From Deltaproteobacteria bacterium (GTDB lineage: Bacteria > UBA10199 > GCA-002796325 > JACPFF01): a stretch of 64,000 nucleotides of DNA. Below are positions 36,735-46,753 of the stretch, piece by piece (position 1 is the first letter of the stretch; the number at the start of each line of letters is the position of its first letter). Under the pieces are notes generated by a model that worked only from the letters and a program-made list of their open reading frames with translations, ran no database searches and was not told the DNA's origin. The translations under genes were made by a program, and so were the position numbers. The stretch covers positions 43,578 to 107,577 of the forward strand of contig JACPFF010000006.1 in the NCBI GenBank assembly GCA_016183065.1, written 5' to 3'.

Positions 36735-38162
36735 TTAGGACACGGGTCCTGAATACCCGTGCGCTTTTTTTGCATGCACCAAAGCCTGCTCGATCCGGTG
36801 GAGCACGGTTGTTTTTCCCATGATGGTCAAGACATCATAGATCCCGGGACTTGTCGTCGTGCCGGTGAGGGCCACGCGGAGCGGTTGCGCGACCTGCAGA
36901 AATTTCACGTTTTCGCGGGCCTGAAGGGCGCTGAACGTCTCTTTCAGCGCATCCGCATTCCACGTCTCGACGGAGTGCAACATCGGTGTCATGGCCTGCA
37001 GGATGCGCTGGCCATCGGCATCGAGCCACTTGGCGACCGCCGGGGCATCCCACACGACGCTCGGGCGGAAATAGAAGGCCGAAATCTCGGCCAGTTCGCG
37101 CAGAGTCTTGGCGCGCTCCCGTTCGCTGGCAATGGCGCGCGCGGCATAGTCCCGGTCGTGCGGCACCAGTCCCATCTCCGCCAAAAACGGTTCGACGCGG
37201 GCCGCGAGTTCTTCATCGGAAAAAGACTTCATATGCGCCATATTGACCCAATCGAGTTTTTCCGGATTAAAAATGGCGCCGGCCCTCCCGACATGGTCGA
37301 AGGAAAAAGCCCGGACCATCTCCTCCAGCGTGAAGATCTCCTGGTCGCCGTGGGACCAGCCGAGCCGGGCCAGATAATTGAGCAAAGCCTGTGGCAGGTA
37401 GCCGGTCTGTTGATACGCAATGACCGATGTGGCGCCGTGACGCTTTGAGAGCCGTTTCCGATCGCTCCCCAAAATCATCGGGAGGTGTGCAAAAAGGGGC
37501 GTGGGATAGTTGAACGCGGCATAGAGGAGCATCTGTCGCGGCGTATTGTTGAGATGATCATCACCGCGAATGACGTGTGTGATCTGCATGGTCACGTCAT
37601 CGACCACCACGACAAAGTTGTATGTCGGCGTGCCGTCACTGCGTGCCAGGATGAGATCGTCGAGTTCCTTGTTGTCGAATGTGACGGTGCCGCGCACCAT
37701 ATCCTGGACGACCGTTTGTCCCGTCAGGGGAGCCTTGAATCGGATGCAACAGGGGCGCGTGTCGTGGGCGTCTGGCGTGAGGTCCCGGCATCGACGGTCG
37801 TAGGTCGGTTTCCTCCCGGCCGCCAGGGCCTCTGTCCGAAGTTGTTCCAATCGCTCCGGCGTGCAGAAACAGCGATAGGCATTCTCCTCGCGCAAGAGCT
37901 GGTTGAGGTGCGTGTGATAGATCTGTGCACGATCGGTTTGGTAAATGGGGCCCTCGTCCCAATCGAGACCGAGCCAGCGCATACCATCGAGGATGGAGTG
38001 CGTATATTCTTCGGTCGATCGTTCCCGATCGGTATCTTCAATACGGAGGATGAACGTCCCATGGTGCTGACGGGCGTAAAGCCAGTTGTAGAGGGCCGTG
38101 CGCGCGCCGCCGATATGGAGATGTCCGGTGGGTGAGGGGGCAAAACGGACACGAACGGTCAT
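36735..38162 (-). CDS. gltX: glutamate--tRNA ligase
   Basis: Track ORF 36735..38246. ATG 38160-38162 gives MTVRVRFAPSPTGHLHIGGARTALYNW. KLSKR-type motif RLSKRHG. Confidence 0.9.
   Translation of the reverse strand: MTVRVRFAPSPTGHLHIGGARTALYNWLYARQHHGTFILRIEDTDRERSTEEYTHSILDGMRWLGLDWDEGPIYQTDRAQIYHTHLNQLLREENAYRCFCTPERLEQLRTEALAAGRKPTYDRRCRDLTPDAHDTRPCCIRFKAPLTGQTVVQDMVRGTVTFDNKELDDLILARSDGTPTYNFVVVVDDVTMQITHVIRGDDHLNNTPRQMLLYAAFNYPTPLFAHLPMILGSDRKRLSKRHGATSVIAYQQTGYLPQALLNYLARLGWSHGDQEIFTLEEMVRAFSFDHVGRAGAIFNPEKLDWVNMAHMKSFSDEELAARVEPFLAEMGLVPHDRDYAARAIASERERAKTLRELAEISAFYFRPSVVWDAPAVAKWLDADGQRILQAMTPMLHSVETWNADALKETFSALQARENVKFLQVAQPLRVALTGTTTSPGIYDVLTIMGKTTVLHRIEQALVHAKKAHGYSGPVS
36741..36771 (+). 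terminator. Rho-independent terminator of rng (lies inside the last codons of convergent gltX)
   Basis: CACGGGT (36741-47), loop CCTGAAT, ACCCGTG (36755-61), then CGC plus a T7 run (36765-71). Confidence 0.65.
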
Positions 38163-39012
38163 GAGGAGGGCTCCTGTGTGGATGGGGGATGTGCGATGAG
38201 ATGATTGGCCCAGGGTGATGCCGGCATGGCGGGGTGTGCCGCGCATTCTGTCGCAAAGGCCCCGGATCGGATCTCCGACAAAATACGGCGGAGTGTCTGC
38301 CGCACCCGTTCGTCAATCACCCGTGGACCGCGGGTCAGCGCACCATAGCGGGCCGTGGTGCTGATCTGGGCAAAGGCCCCATCCAGACCGTGTTCGGCGT
38401 AGAGTTTTGCCAGGTTGGCCGGTTCTGTGACCGCCGTGTAGTAGGCAACGGTCGGATCGTATCCGGCCTCCACGAGTGTCTCGTACGTCGCCAGGATCAA
38501 ATGCGCCAGTCCGCCACAGAGGAGCACCTGCTCGCTGAAGAGGTCTGTCTCGGTCTCCTCGGCCACCGTGGTGGGGATCTCTCGGTATCGGTCTTTCGTG
38601 AGCGCTGCGAGATACGCCGTGAGCGTCTTCCGTCCGCTCCCCGTGGCATCCTGTGCAATGGCCGTGAGGACGGGGACGGGCCGCTGGTCCAATGGAGATG
38701 GTACCCGTGCGCGAAGATCAGCGTGGCCGCGGGCGGGAGATGCGGGCGGAGAACGGTCTCCCACATGGCCGGCTGTGCTGGATCGGCGACGAGCAGTGCA
38801 CAACACTGGGCGTCACTCGCTGCCGCACGGAGATCGGTGATGACCCGCATGCCATCGGCCATGGCGGCGCGATGCGACGGTCCGTCGGCACGGACCGCGA
38901 TAGTGACCTCCCATCCGCTCTCGGCGAGGTTTTGTCCCTGTGCACGTCCCTGGGATCCATAGCCGCATATCGTGATGGCTGGCATGGTCACGTTCTCTAG
39001 CAGGCCGGCCAT
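38159..39012 (-). pseudogene. ilvC: ketol-acid reductoisomerase remnant (internal deletion plus frameshift)
   Basis: Track ORF 38497..39081 encodes ITICGYGSQGRAQGQNL...LIFAHGYHLHW. Track ORF 38159..38806 in another frame encodes PVPVLTAIAQDATG...EETETDLFSEQVLLCGG...ISTTARYG. The junction is at 38681-38688. Confidence 0.75.
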
Positions 39013-39132
39013 GGGGCGTCTATGGCCGATTGATGGGATGAGGCGTGGCATGCCATGGCGATCAGGCCGCCATGGCCACAAAGGCGGCTATGGCGGTGAG
39101 AAAGAGCCCTGTCGGATTGTACCAATAGCGTT

Positions 39133-41682
39133 TCATGGACGGACGATGGAACAGACCGCACGGTCCTCACGAAAATAGCGTTGCGCCACACGGAGGAGAT
39201 CCTTGGGCGTAACGGCCAAAATGCGTGAGGCATATTTTTCCGCGGCATCCAAGCCCAGCTCATAGAGGACGTCGAGTGCATGGATGGCGGCCACGCTATC
39301 GTTGCGTTGCAGGTCGAGTTCATAGGTCCCCACAAGATATTGCTGGGCACGCCGCAATTCAGTCTGGCTGACAAGATCGTCGGTGAGCCGCGCGAGTTCG
39401 TGTTTGATCCCGTCGAGTGCGTGATCGAGTTTCGACGGTTCGGTCCCGATGTAGACCGAAAAATATCCGGGATCGATCCCCAGCTGGTGACTGGCATGGA
39501 CGGCGTAGGCGAGGCTCATGCGATCGCGCAGGGTGCGAAAGAGGCGGCCGCCCTGTCCGGCCAGGATCTGGTTCAATACCGCCAAGGCATACCGCTCCGG
39601 CGCCGTGACCGTCGAGCCGCGCACGCCGTAGATCAGGTGGGCCTGCTGCCGTTCCCTCCGGTGTGTCACGACGGTGACCGGCTCGACGGGGGCCATGGGG
39701 CGCAATCGGATTGCGGCCACTTTCTGTGCGGTCAAATCATGAAAGTAGTGCGTGATCAATTCCTGCGCCATCTCCAGTTCGATGTCGCCACTCAGGGCCA
39801 ATACCATCTGTTGGGGCTGTAACAGGCGCCGATAGTAGTGCGCCAGGGTCTGGTGCGAGAGACGCCGTACGGATGCCGCTGTCCCCAGCCGCGGGAGGGC
39901 ATACGGATGTGTCCCAAAGAGGGCTTTGCAAAAATGGAGCAAGGCGAGCGAGGGGAGATTGTCTTTCTGATTCCGGATGGCCTCCAGTTGCTGCGTCTGC
40001 TCCTTGGCGACTTCCACACGTGCAAAGGCGGGTTGTCGCACGATTTCGCTGAAGAGCGCCAGCCCTTCGCTCAGCTTTTCACTCAAAAATTCGGCCCGAA
40101 TCCCGAACGTATTCAGACCCGCGGCTGCGCCGACGTCGCCGGCAATGGCATCGGTCGATTCCGCAATCATCCGGGCGTCGCGAAGGAGGGTCCCTTTGGT
40201 CATCGTGGCTGCCAATAAGGTGTTGATGCCATTGGTCTGGGGCGTTTCATGGCGCGTACCACCAACCATGAAGAGTTTGCAGGCCAGGAGCGGGAGTCGG
40301 TGTTCCGGGCGGACAATCACCCGGAGGCCATTCGGCAGGGCAAAAAGATGCGGACGAAGTCTTTTCATCGCGGACCGACGAGCGGAACGCGTCTTGACCG
40401 ACGTGCGGATGAGCTGCCGGGTCTTGACACCCGTGGGGACGGTCGCTTCCTTTGGCGCAAGCCAGGTGAGGGTTGCGCGCCGGGCATCAAGATAATGACC
40501 GGCCGCCTTCCGGATCTCTTCCGCCGTTGTGCGGCGAATGGCCTCAAAATACTGCTCTTCAAAGGTATGATTTCCGACCGTTGCCAGGACATAGGCATAT
40601 TTTCCACCCTGTCCGCCAACGGTTTCACGCTCATAGAGGGCTGTCGACGTGATATTGAGTTTGGCGCGGGAGAGTTCGGCGGTGCTGACGGCCGTGCGAC
40701 AGAGACGATCGATCTCCCCGCGAATGGCCGGCAGTGCACGCGTCATCTGGCGTGTATTGGCGGTCCCGCCGACGAGGAAGAGGCCGGCCCCGCGGGGGGT
40801 ATAGGCATAACTATAGATCGATTGCACCAGCTGTTGCACCTCTTTCACCTGCAGTTCGAGACGGGACGAATCGCTCCCGCCAAGAATATGCGACAGGATA
40901 TCGAGCGCCGGAATATCGGCATGCGTAATGGATGGAATGGGAAAACTGAGCGCAAAATAATGACTCTCAATATTCGCTCGATGGAGATGGGTCTGGGGTG
41001 TGTCGACGGCAATCGTGTGCGAGGGGTATGTAACGGCCGGCGGTTGACGGCGCGGCATCTTGCCGAAGAGGGCCTGAAGTTTCTTGCAGTAGACTTCCGT
41101 CTCCAGAGCGCCCACGGCAATAAAAACCATATTGTCCGGTGTATACCAGCGTTCCCAATAATTACGCAGGTCGCGCTGTGTAAAGGACTTGACGGTCTTC
41201 ACGGAGCCGATGATGGGCCGTCCATACGGATGCGTGCCATAGGTGTGGGCAAAGAGAAACTCAGAGAGCTGATGCCCAGGGTTGTCTTCACTGCGACGAA
41301 TCTCCTCACAGATGACTTCAGCCTCGCGGGTAATTTCCGCGGATGCAAAGAGGGGATGCTGCACGGCATCGGCGAGGATCGCGAGCCCTTCGTCGGCGTA
41401 CCGTGAGGCCATGTTGATATAGTAGACCGTCTGATCGAAACTGGTATAGGCGTTGATATCGCCCCCGGCCGCCTCCACATCATGGGCGATCTCCCCGGTG
41501 GGACGGGTGGGGGTCCCTTTGAAGAGCATGTGTTCGATAAAATGGGAGATCCCAGCCTCGTGGGTCTGCTCCATGGCGCTCCCGACCTTGACGAGGAGAT
41601 TGAGGGCAATCACGGGGGCGCTATGGTTTTCTTCCAACAGAACCGTCAGACCGTTGTCGAGTGTGTGGAGTGTGGTTTTCAT
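39133..41682 (-). CDS. M16-family zinc peptidase, double-length (two M16 active/inactive domain pairs)
   Basis: 849 aa with the inverted zinc motif HFIEHMLFKGT near the N-terminus. Confidence 0.9.
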   Translation of the reverse strand: MKTTLHTLDNGLTVLLEENHSAPVIALNLLVKVGSAMEQTHEAGISHFIEHMLFKGTPTRPTGEIAHDVEAAGGDINAYTSFDQTVYYINMASRYADEGLAILADAVQHPLFASAEITREAEVICEEIRRSEDNPGHQLSEFLFAHTYGTHPYGRPIIGSVKTVKSFTQRDLRNYWERWYTPDNMVFIAVGALETEVYCKKLQALFGKMPRRQPPAVTYPSHTIAVDTPQTHLHRANIESHYFALSFPIPSITHADIPALDILSHILGGSDSSRLELQVKEVQQLVQSIYSYAYTPRGAGLFLVGGTANTRQMTRALPAIRGEIDRLCRTAVSTAELSRAKLNITSTALYERETVGGQGGKYAYVLATVGNHTFEEQYFEAIRRTTAEEIRKAAGHYLDARRATLTWLAPKEATVPTGVKTRQLIRTSVKTRSARRSAMKRLRPHLFALPNGLRVIVRPEHRLPLLACKLFMVGGTRHETPQTNGINTLLAATMTKGTLLRDARMIAESTDAIAGDVGAAAGLNTFGIRAEFLSEKLSEGLALFSEIVRQPAFARVEVAKEQTQQLEAIRNQKDNLPSLALLHFCKALFGTHPYALPRLGTAASVRRLSHQTLAHYYRRLLQPQQMVLALSGDIELEMAQELITHYFHDLTAQKVAAIRLRPMAPVEPVTVVTHRRERQQAHLIYGVRGSTVTAPERYALAVLNQILAGQGGRLFRTLRDRMSLAYAVHASHQLGIDPGYFSVYIGTEPSKLDHALDGIKHELARLTDDLVSQTELRRAQQYLVGTYELDLQRNDSVAAIHALDVLYELGLDAAEKYASRILAVTPKDLLRVAQRYFREDRAVCSIVRP

Positions 41683-41758
41683 AAGTCTTGATATTTGTTT
41701 TGGTTTTCGTTAACAGGACGCCGACCGCTAGCAAGGATCGTGGGAGAAAGGAAGGGAA

Positions 41759-42412
41759 ATGTTCGAACTCTTACTCGTCCGACACGGAGAGACCGACTGG
41801 AATGCCCGGCGCCGCGTCATGGGGATGCGTCCCATCGGCCTCAATGAGCATGGACGTGCGCAGGTGACGGCGCTCGCTGCGGCGTTGCGGAGCATTCCTC
41901 TGGAGGCGATCTATGCCAGTCCGGCGCAACGGACGATGGAGTCTGCGGAGATCCTGGCAGACGGGCGGGTTCCGGGAGCGGTGACGCCGACCCCCGCGTT
42001 TGCGGAGATCGATTATGGCGATTGGATCGGTGAGCCATTTACCGCGATAGAAGAGACAACGGCCTTTGCCGACTATCTCTTTCGCCCCAGCACATTCACG
42101 ATTCCCGGCGGAGAGGTGGTCGTGGCCGTACAGGAACGGGCGGTGGCCGGTGTCCGTCAATTGCAGGAGCGCCATGAGGCGGGACGGATCCTCATCGTGA
42201 CGCATGCGGATATTGTGAAGGCGATTGTGACGCACTTTCTCCATCTCTCACTGGACCACTGGCAGCTCTGTGCCGTGGATAACGCGTCGCTCGCCGTCTT
42301 CCGGTTGCACGGGGCACGGGGACGGTTATTGGCATTGAATCTCCACCCAACATGGGGCCGTCTCTTTCATCGCGATGGCCATCCGGCCGACCGGTTCGTG
42401 CTTGGGGGGTAA
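41759..42412 (+). CDS. histidine phosphatase family protein (phosphoglycerate mutase/CobC-like)
   Basis: LLLVRHGETDWN (RHG motif) and the downstream ...THADIV His. Confidence 0.85.
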   Translation: MFELLLVRHGETDWNARRRVMGMRPIGLNEHGRAQVTALAAALRSIPLEAIYASPAQRTMESAEILADGRVPGAVTPTPAFAEIDYGDWIGEPFTAIEETTAFADYLFRPSTFTIPGGEVVVAVQERAVAGVRQLQERHEAGRILIVTHADIVKAIVTHFLHLSLDHWQLCAVDNASLAVFRLHGARGRLLALNLHPTWGRLFHRDGHPADRFVLGG

Positions 42413-42415
42413 GCA

Positions 42416-44344
42416 ATGCGACGTGCGAAGTACGAAACGTGGCCGGTTGCGCAACTCGAGAAGGCAATCCGTCGCCACAATCACCGCTACTTTGTCGAAC
42501 ACGCGCCGGAGATCACCGATGCGGAATTCGACCGGATCGTCGCGATCTTGCGCCGGCGTGCACCGCAGTCGCCGGTTATGCAGGAGATCGGATCGGATGT
42601 CGCATCGACCGGCGCGGCCACGGTGATGCACGACGTCCCGATGCTCTCCCTCGACAAATGTTATGAGCTGGGGGACCTGGTCGATTGGGCCGAAAAATTT
42701 TCCGGCGGCATTGTCGCATCGCCAAAAATCGATGGAGTCGCGTTGGCCCTGCGCTACGATGTATCGGGGGCGCTGGTGTTGGCCGCGACGCGCGGCACGG
42801 GGACACGCGGGGAAAATGTGACCGCCAATGTTCGGCATATCGCGCAGATCCCGCAGTCGATTGGGCGGCACGGCCGGCGCACCCCGGTCGAGATCCGCGG
42901 GGAGGTCTATCTTCCGCTCTCGGTCTTCCGTGCCCGCTTTGCGGAGGATTTTGCCAATCCCCGCAACCTGGCCGCCGGTGCGATCAAACAAAAAAACGCG
43001 CACAAAACGGCAGACTATCAGCTCAATTTTTTTGCGTACGATCTGTTGGGTGTTGCCTGCGAGACCGAAGACGCCAAGCGCCACTGGTTGCAGCAGGCGG
43101 GATTGATCGTCGTGCCGTGGCAGGTCGGTGATGCAACGCGGGTCAAAAAAATCTGCGAGGCGTATTTTGCACGCCGCGACGACTATGATTTTGAAACCGA
43201 TGGGGTGGTCTTGAAGGTCAATCGCATCGCAGAGCAAGAACAGGTCGGGGCGACTCCCCACCATCCACGGTATGCCATTGCCTATAAGTTCCATGGAGAC
43301 TCGGCCACGACCACGTTGCGGGCGATCGAATGGAGCGTCTCCCGGACCGGGACGATCACGCCGGTCGGGGTCGTCGATCCCGTCGTGCTCTCCGGTGCCA
43401 CGGTCTCCCGCATGTCCCTCCACAATGTCGGCCTGGCCCGCCGTCTCGGTGTCGGTGTCGGGGCCACGGTCGTGGTCATGCGGCGGGGTGGCGTGATCCC
43501 CCATTTGGAGACCGTGGTACATGCCGGGAGCGCATCGCTCCGGGCTCCCCGGCGGTGTCCCGCGTGCGGTGGTCGGGTGGTGCGCGTGGAGGACTTCCTC
43601 TACTGTGCCCATCCCGATGGGTGTCTGACAGCCCGGGTGGGGATGTTGCAACATTTTCTGAGCGTGATTGAATGCGACGGTTTCGGCCCGAAAATCTTGG
43701 AGCAGATCGTGACCGCCGGATTGGCCAGGGATCCTGCCGACCTTTTTACCGTGACGGTCGAAGCACTGTTGCCCCTGGAGCGGATGGGTCAGACGCTCGC
43801 GGCCAAACTCGTTGCACGGCTTGAGGAGAGTCGGAGCATGACGCTGGAACGCTTTCTCCAGGCCCTGGGCGTGCCGATGCTCGCGCGTCAGACCGCCAGA
43901 ATCCTGGCCGGTTTTGGATCGCTCGACCAGGTCTTGCGGGTGACGCGCGAGGAGCTCGCCGATATCCACGGCATTGGAGCGCGGAGCGCTGATGCTTTGG
44001 TGACGGGGATCTGCGAGCGACGGCCCCTCATTGACAAATTACGGAGATATGTAAAAATACGGCCTGTCGGGACGACAGCGCATCAGACCGATAGCCCATT
44101 GGCCGGGAAAACCTTTCTTTTTACAGGAACGTTGGCGGCGATGCAGCGGAAGGCGGCCATGGCACTGGTCGAAAAACAGGGAGGGCGGATTGCCAGCGGT
44201 GTGCATGCAACGCTCGATTATCTCGTGATCGGGAGTGAGGGTCATCCAGGGAGTAAGTTGTCCAAGGCCCGGACATATGTGGCAGAGGGTGCGGAGCTCC
44301 GTATTCTGACAGAAAAAGAATTTTTGGCCATGGTGCGATCATGA
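42416..44344 (+). CDS. ligA: NAD-dependent DNA ligase
   Basis: Adenylation motif PKIDGVA, four-Cys Zn finger (CPACGGRVVRVEDFLYCAHPDGC), HhH region and C-terminal BRCT (GKTFLFTGTL). Confidence 0.95.
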   Translation: MRRAKYETWPVAQLEKAIRRHNHRYFVEHAPEITDAEFDRIVAILRRRAPQSPVMQEIGSDVASTGAATVMHDVPMLSLDKCYELGDLVDWAEKFSGGIVASPKIDGVALALRYDVSGALVLAATRGTGTRGENVTANVRHIAQIPQSIGRHGRRTPVEIRGEVYLPLSVFRARFAEDFANPRNLAAGAIKQKNAHKTADYQLNFFAYDLLGVACETEDAKRHWLQQAGLIVVPWQVGDATRVKKICEAYFARRDDYDFETDGVVLKVNRIAEQEQVGATPHHPRYAIAYKFHGDSATTTLRAIEWSVSRTGTITPVGVVDPVVLSGATVSRMSLHNVGLARRLGVGVGATVVVMRRGGVIPHLETVVHAGSASLRAPRRCPACGGRVVRVEDFLYCAHPDGCLTARVGMLQHFLSVIECDGFGPKILEQIVTAGLARDPADLFTVTVEALLPLERMGQTLAAKLVARLEESRSMTLERFLQALGVPMLARQTARILAGFGSLDQVLRVTREELADIHGIGARSADALVTGICERRPLIDKLRRYVKIRPVGTTAHQTDSPLAGKTFLFTGTLAAMQRKAAMALVEKQGGRIASGVHATLDYLVIGSEGHPGSKLSKARTYVAEGAELRILTEKEFLAMVRS

Positions 44345-45309
44345 ACGTGCAGACCCCCAATTATGCCGCGTTGCGCGCATTACTCCCTGAGCCGGAGTTC
44401 GCACTGGCCCGTCCCCTCATCGAGGAAATCAATGCCCTCAAGCGGGAACGGGATGTCGTCATTCTGGTGCATAATTACCAGATCCCGTCCATCTATCATG
44501 GCATCGCGGACTACACGGGCGACTCTTTGGGTCTCAGTGTTGAGGCGGCAAAGACGCGCGCAGCGACCATCCTCTTTTGTGGCGTCCATTTCATGGCCGA
44601 GACCGCGAAGATTGTCAGTCCGGAGAAGCAGGTCCTGATCCCGGATCTCGAGGCCGGCTGTTCCCTCTCCGAGAGTATCACCCCGGACGATGTCCGTACG
44701 CTCCGGGCCCTCCATCCCGGAGTGCCCGTGGTCTGCTATGTGAATACGGAGGCCGATATCAAGGCGGAGTCCGACGTCTGTTGCACCTCCGCAAATGCCG
44801 CAAAGGTGGTGCGCAGTCTGCCGGGGCGGCAGGTCATTTTTATTCCCGATGCCTATCTCGGACAGAATGTCGGTCGGGAGACCGGCAAAGAGGTGATTGT
44901 GCACGACGGACGGTGCATTGTGCATCAAGAATTCACCGCCGAGCAGATCGCGGCCTATCGCGCGCAATTTCCGGGGATTTATGTCGTGGCCCATCCGGAG
45001 TGTCATCCCTCGGTGGTGGCTGCGGCGGATTTCACCGGCAGTACCAGTCAAATGGTGGCCGCCCTGCAACGGATCCGTCCCGGGAAGGCAATGCTCATCA
45101 CCGAGTGCAGCATGGCGGCCAATATCCAGCTGGAGGTGAAGCATATCGATTTTGATATGCCGTGCACACTCTGTCCGCACATGAAACGGATTACCCTGGA
45201 AAAAGTCCTGCGATCCTTGCAGGACGACGTGTACGAAGTCGAGGTCCCTGAACCGACACGTTCCCGTGCCGCTGCCGCCATCCATCGGATGCTCGAGATC
45301 GGGGCGTGA
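44341..45309 (+). CDS. nadA: quinolinate synthase
   Basis: ILVHNYQ, FCGVHFMAETAK and TECSMA motifs. ATGA overlap with ligA. Confidence 0.95.
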   Translation: MNVQTPNYAALRALLPEPEFALARPLIEEINALKRERDVVILVHNYQIPSIYHGIADYTGDSLGLSVEAAKTRAATILFCGVHFMAETAKIVSPEKQVLIPDLEAGCSLSESITPDDVRTLRALHPGVPVVCYVNTEADIKAESDVCCTSANAAKVVRSLPGRQVIFIPDAYLGQNVGRETGKEVIVHDGRCIVHQEFTAEQIAAYRAQFPGIYVVAHPECHPSVVAAADFTGSTSQMVAALQRIRPGKAMLITECSMAANIQLEVKHIDFDMPCTLCPHMKRITLEKVLRSLQDDVYEVEVPEPTRSRAAAAIHRMLEIGA

Positions 45310-45752
45310 ATATGCGCTATATGGCCCTTGATGTCGGGGATCGACGGATCGGTGTGGCGGTGACCGATCCCCTCGGATGGACGGTGCAACCGCTCGCGAC
45401 CCTTGAACGGACGCGGTTGGAGCGGGACCTCGATGCGTTGGCGACCTACATCCAGGAATATCATGTCCAATGTGTGGTGATCGGAGTGCCGTTGCGGACC
45501 GAAGAAGGGATTGTCGGCATCCAGGCCAAAAAGGTCCGAACATTTGCGGAACAGTTGCGGCACTATTGCGGAAGCCGCACTGTGCAGGCCACGTTTGTCG
45601 AATGGGATGAGAGCATGACGACAAAAGACGCCGAATCGCTGTTGTGGGCCCAGAAAGTGACACGGCGCCGGCGCAAACAGGCCGTGGACCAGCTGGCTGC
45701 GGTCTTGCTGTTGCAAAGTTATTTGGCGGCACAATCGGAGAGCGGGGTATGA
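45306..45752 (+). CDS. ruvX: Holliday junction resolvase-like nuclease RuvX/YqgF
   Basis: MALDVGDRRIGVAVTD. The start could be GTG 45306, ATG 45312 or ATG 45321. Confidence 0.85.
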   Translation: MNMRYMALDVGDRRIGVAVTDPLGWTVQPLATLERTRLERDLDALATYIQEYHVQCVVIGVPLRTEEGIVGIQAKKVRTFAEQLRHYCGSRTVQATFVEWDESMTTKDAESLLWAQKVTRRRRKQAVDQLAAVLLLQSYLAAQSESGV

Positions 45753-46753
45753 GGCGTGTCGGACGATGGATCTGGCGGACCGCGCTCACCGGATTTCTCG
45801 GTGCGGGGATACTCCTCGTCGCCCTCGAAGGATATATGCGCGCCCCCCTGTCGCATCCGGAACGCGTCATCGATGTCCGGCCCGGCACATCGATGGGCCG
45901 TGTGGCGCGCCAACTCGAACAGATGGGAGTGATCCGGTTTTATCCCGCGCTCCTCCTCTACGGGCGTTTGCGCGGTGAAGATCGGCGGATGAAGGCCGGC
46001 GAGTACCTCTTCGAATCCGGGCTCACCCCGCATCAGGTCTATACCAAATTGACGACAGGCGCCTTTCGGACCTTCGAGATCCGGCTGATCGAGGGGTGGA
46101 CCTATCGCCAAATGGCGCGCTATCTGGCGCAGCAGTCCTTTATCACCATTCCGCATTTTGAGGCCGCCTTTATTGCCGCGTGCGAGGAGCCGGCACGGGT
46201 GGCGAAACTGGGCATTGCCGCGTCATCGCTCGAGGGGTTTCTCTTTCCCAATACCTATCGCCTCCACCGCCCGCGCAGCGCGGGTGAGATTGTCGATCTC
46301 TTAACGACAGAATTTCAGCGGCAGTATACCGAGGCCATGGGGGCGCAGGCCACGACAGTGGGCCTCTCCCTGTTACAGGCGGTGACGCTTGCCTCCATTA
46401 TCGAGAAAGAAACGGGTGACCCCCGGGAACGTCCCCTGGTGAGTGCGGTGTTTCATAATCGGTTACAGAAAGGGATGAAGTTGGAGACCGATCCCACCGT
46501 GGTCTACGGTATTCCCCAGTACGATGGCGTTATCCATCGGTCGGATTTGGCGAATCCGCATCCCTATAATACCTACGTCCACCAAGGGCTGCCACCAGGC
46601 CCGATCGCGAATCCCGGTCGGGCCTCGCTCGAAGCCGCCATCAATCCCGCGCCGGTGCGTTATCTCTATTTTGTCTCCCGCAATGACGGGACCCACGTCT
46701 TTAGCGAAGACTTTCGCGATCACGCGAATGCGGTGCAGGAATATCAGCGCTAA
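45749..46753 (+). CDS. mltG: endolytic murein transglycosylase MltG (YceG-like)
   Basis: Track ORF 45644..46753. ATG 45749 forms an ATGA overlap with ruvX. TM anchor, then ASIIEKET and YNTY..GLPPGPI motifs. Confidence 0.9.
   Translation: MRRVGRWIWRTALTGFLGAGILLVALEGYMRAPLSHPERVIDVRPGTSMGRVARQLEQMGVIRFYPALLLYGRLRGEDRRMKAGEYLFESGLTPHQVYTKLTTGAFRTFEIRLIEGWTYRQMARYLAQQSFITIPHFEAAFIAACEEPARVAKLGIAASSLEGFLFPNTYRLHRPRSAGEIVDLLTTEFQRQYTEAMGAQATTVGLSLLQAVTLASIIEKETGDPRERPLVSAVFHNRLQKGMKLETDPTVVYGIPQYDGVIHRSDLANPHPYNTYVHQGLPPGPIANPGRASLEAAINPAPVRYLYFVSRNDGTHVFSEDFRDHANAVQEYQR

Noticed and set aside
38972-39178. 68-aa plus-strand ORF in the ilvC-M16 intergenic region.
   Set aside because: It overlaps the ilvC start and the M16 3' end, and has no RBS or family signal. 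Likely spurious.
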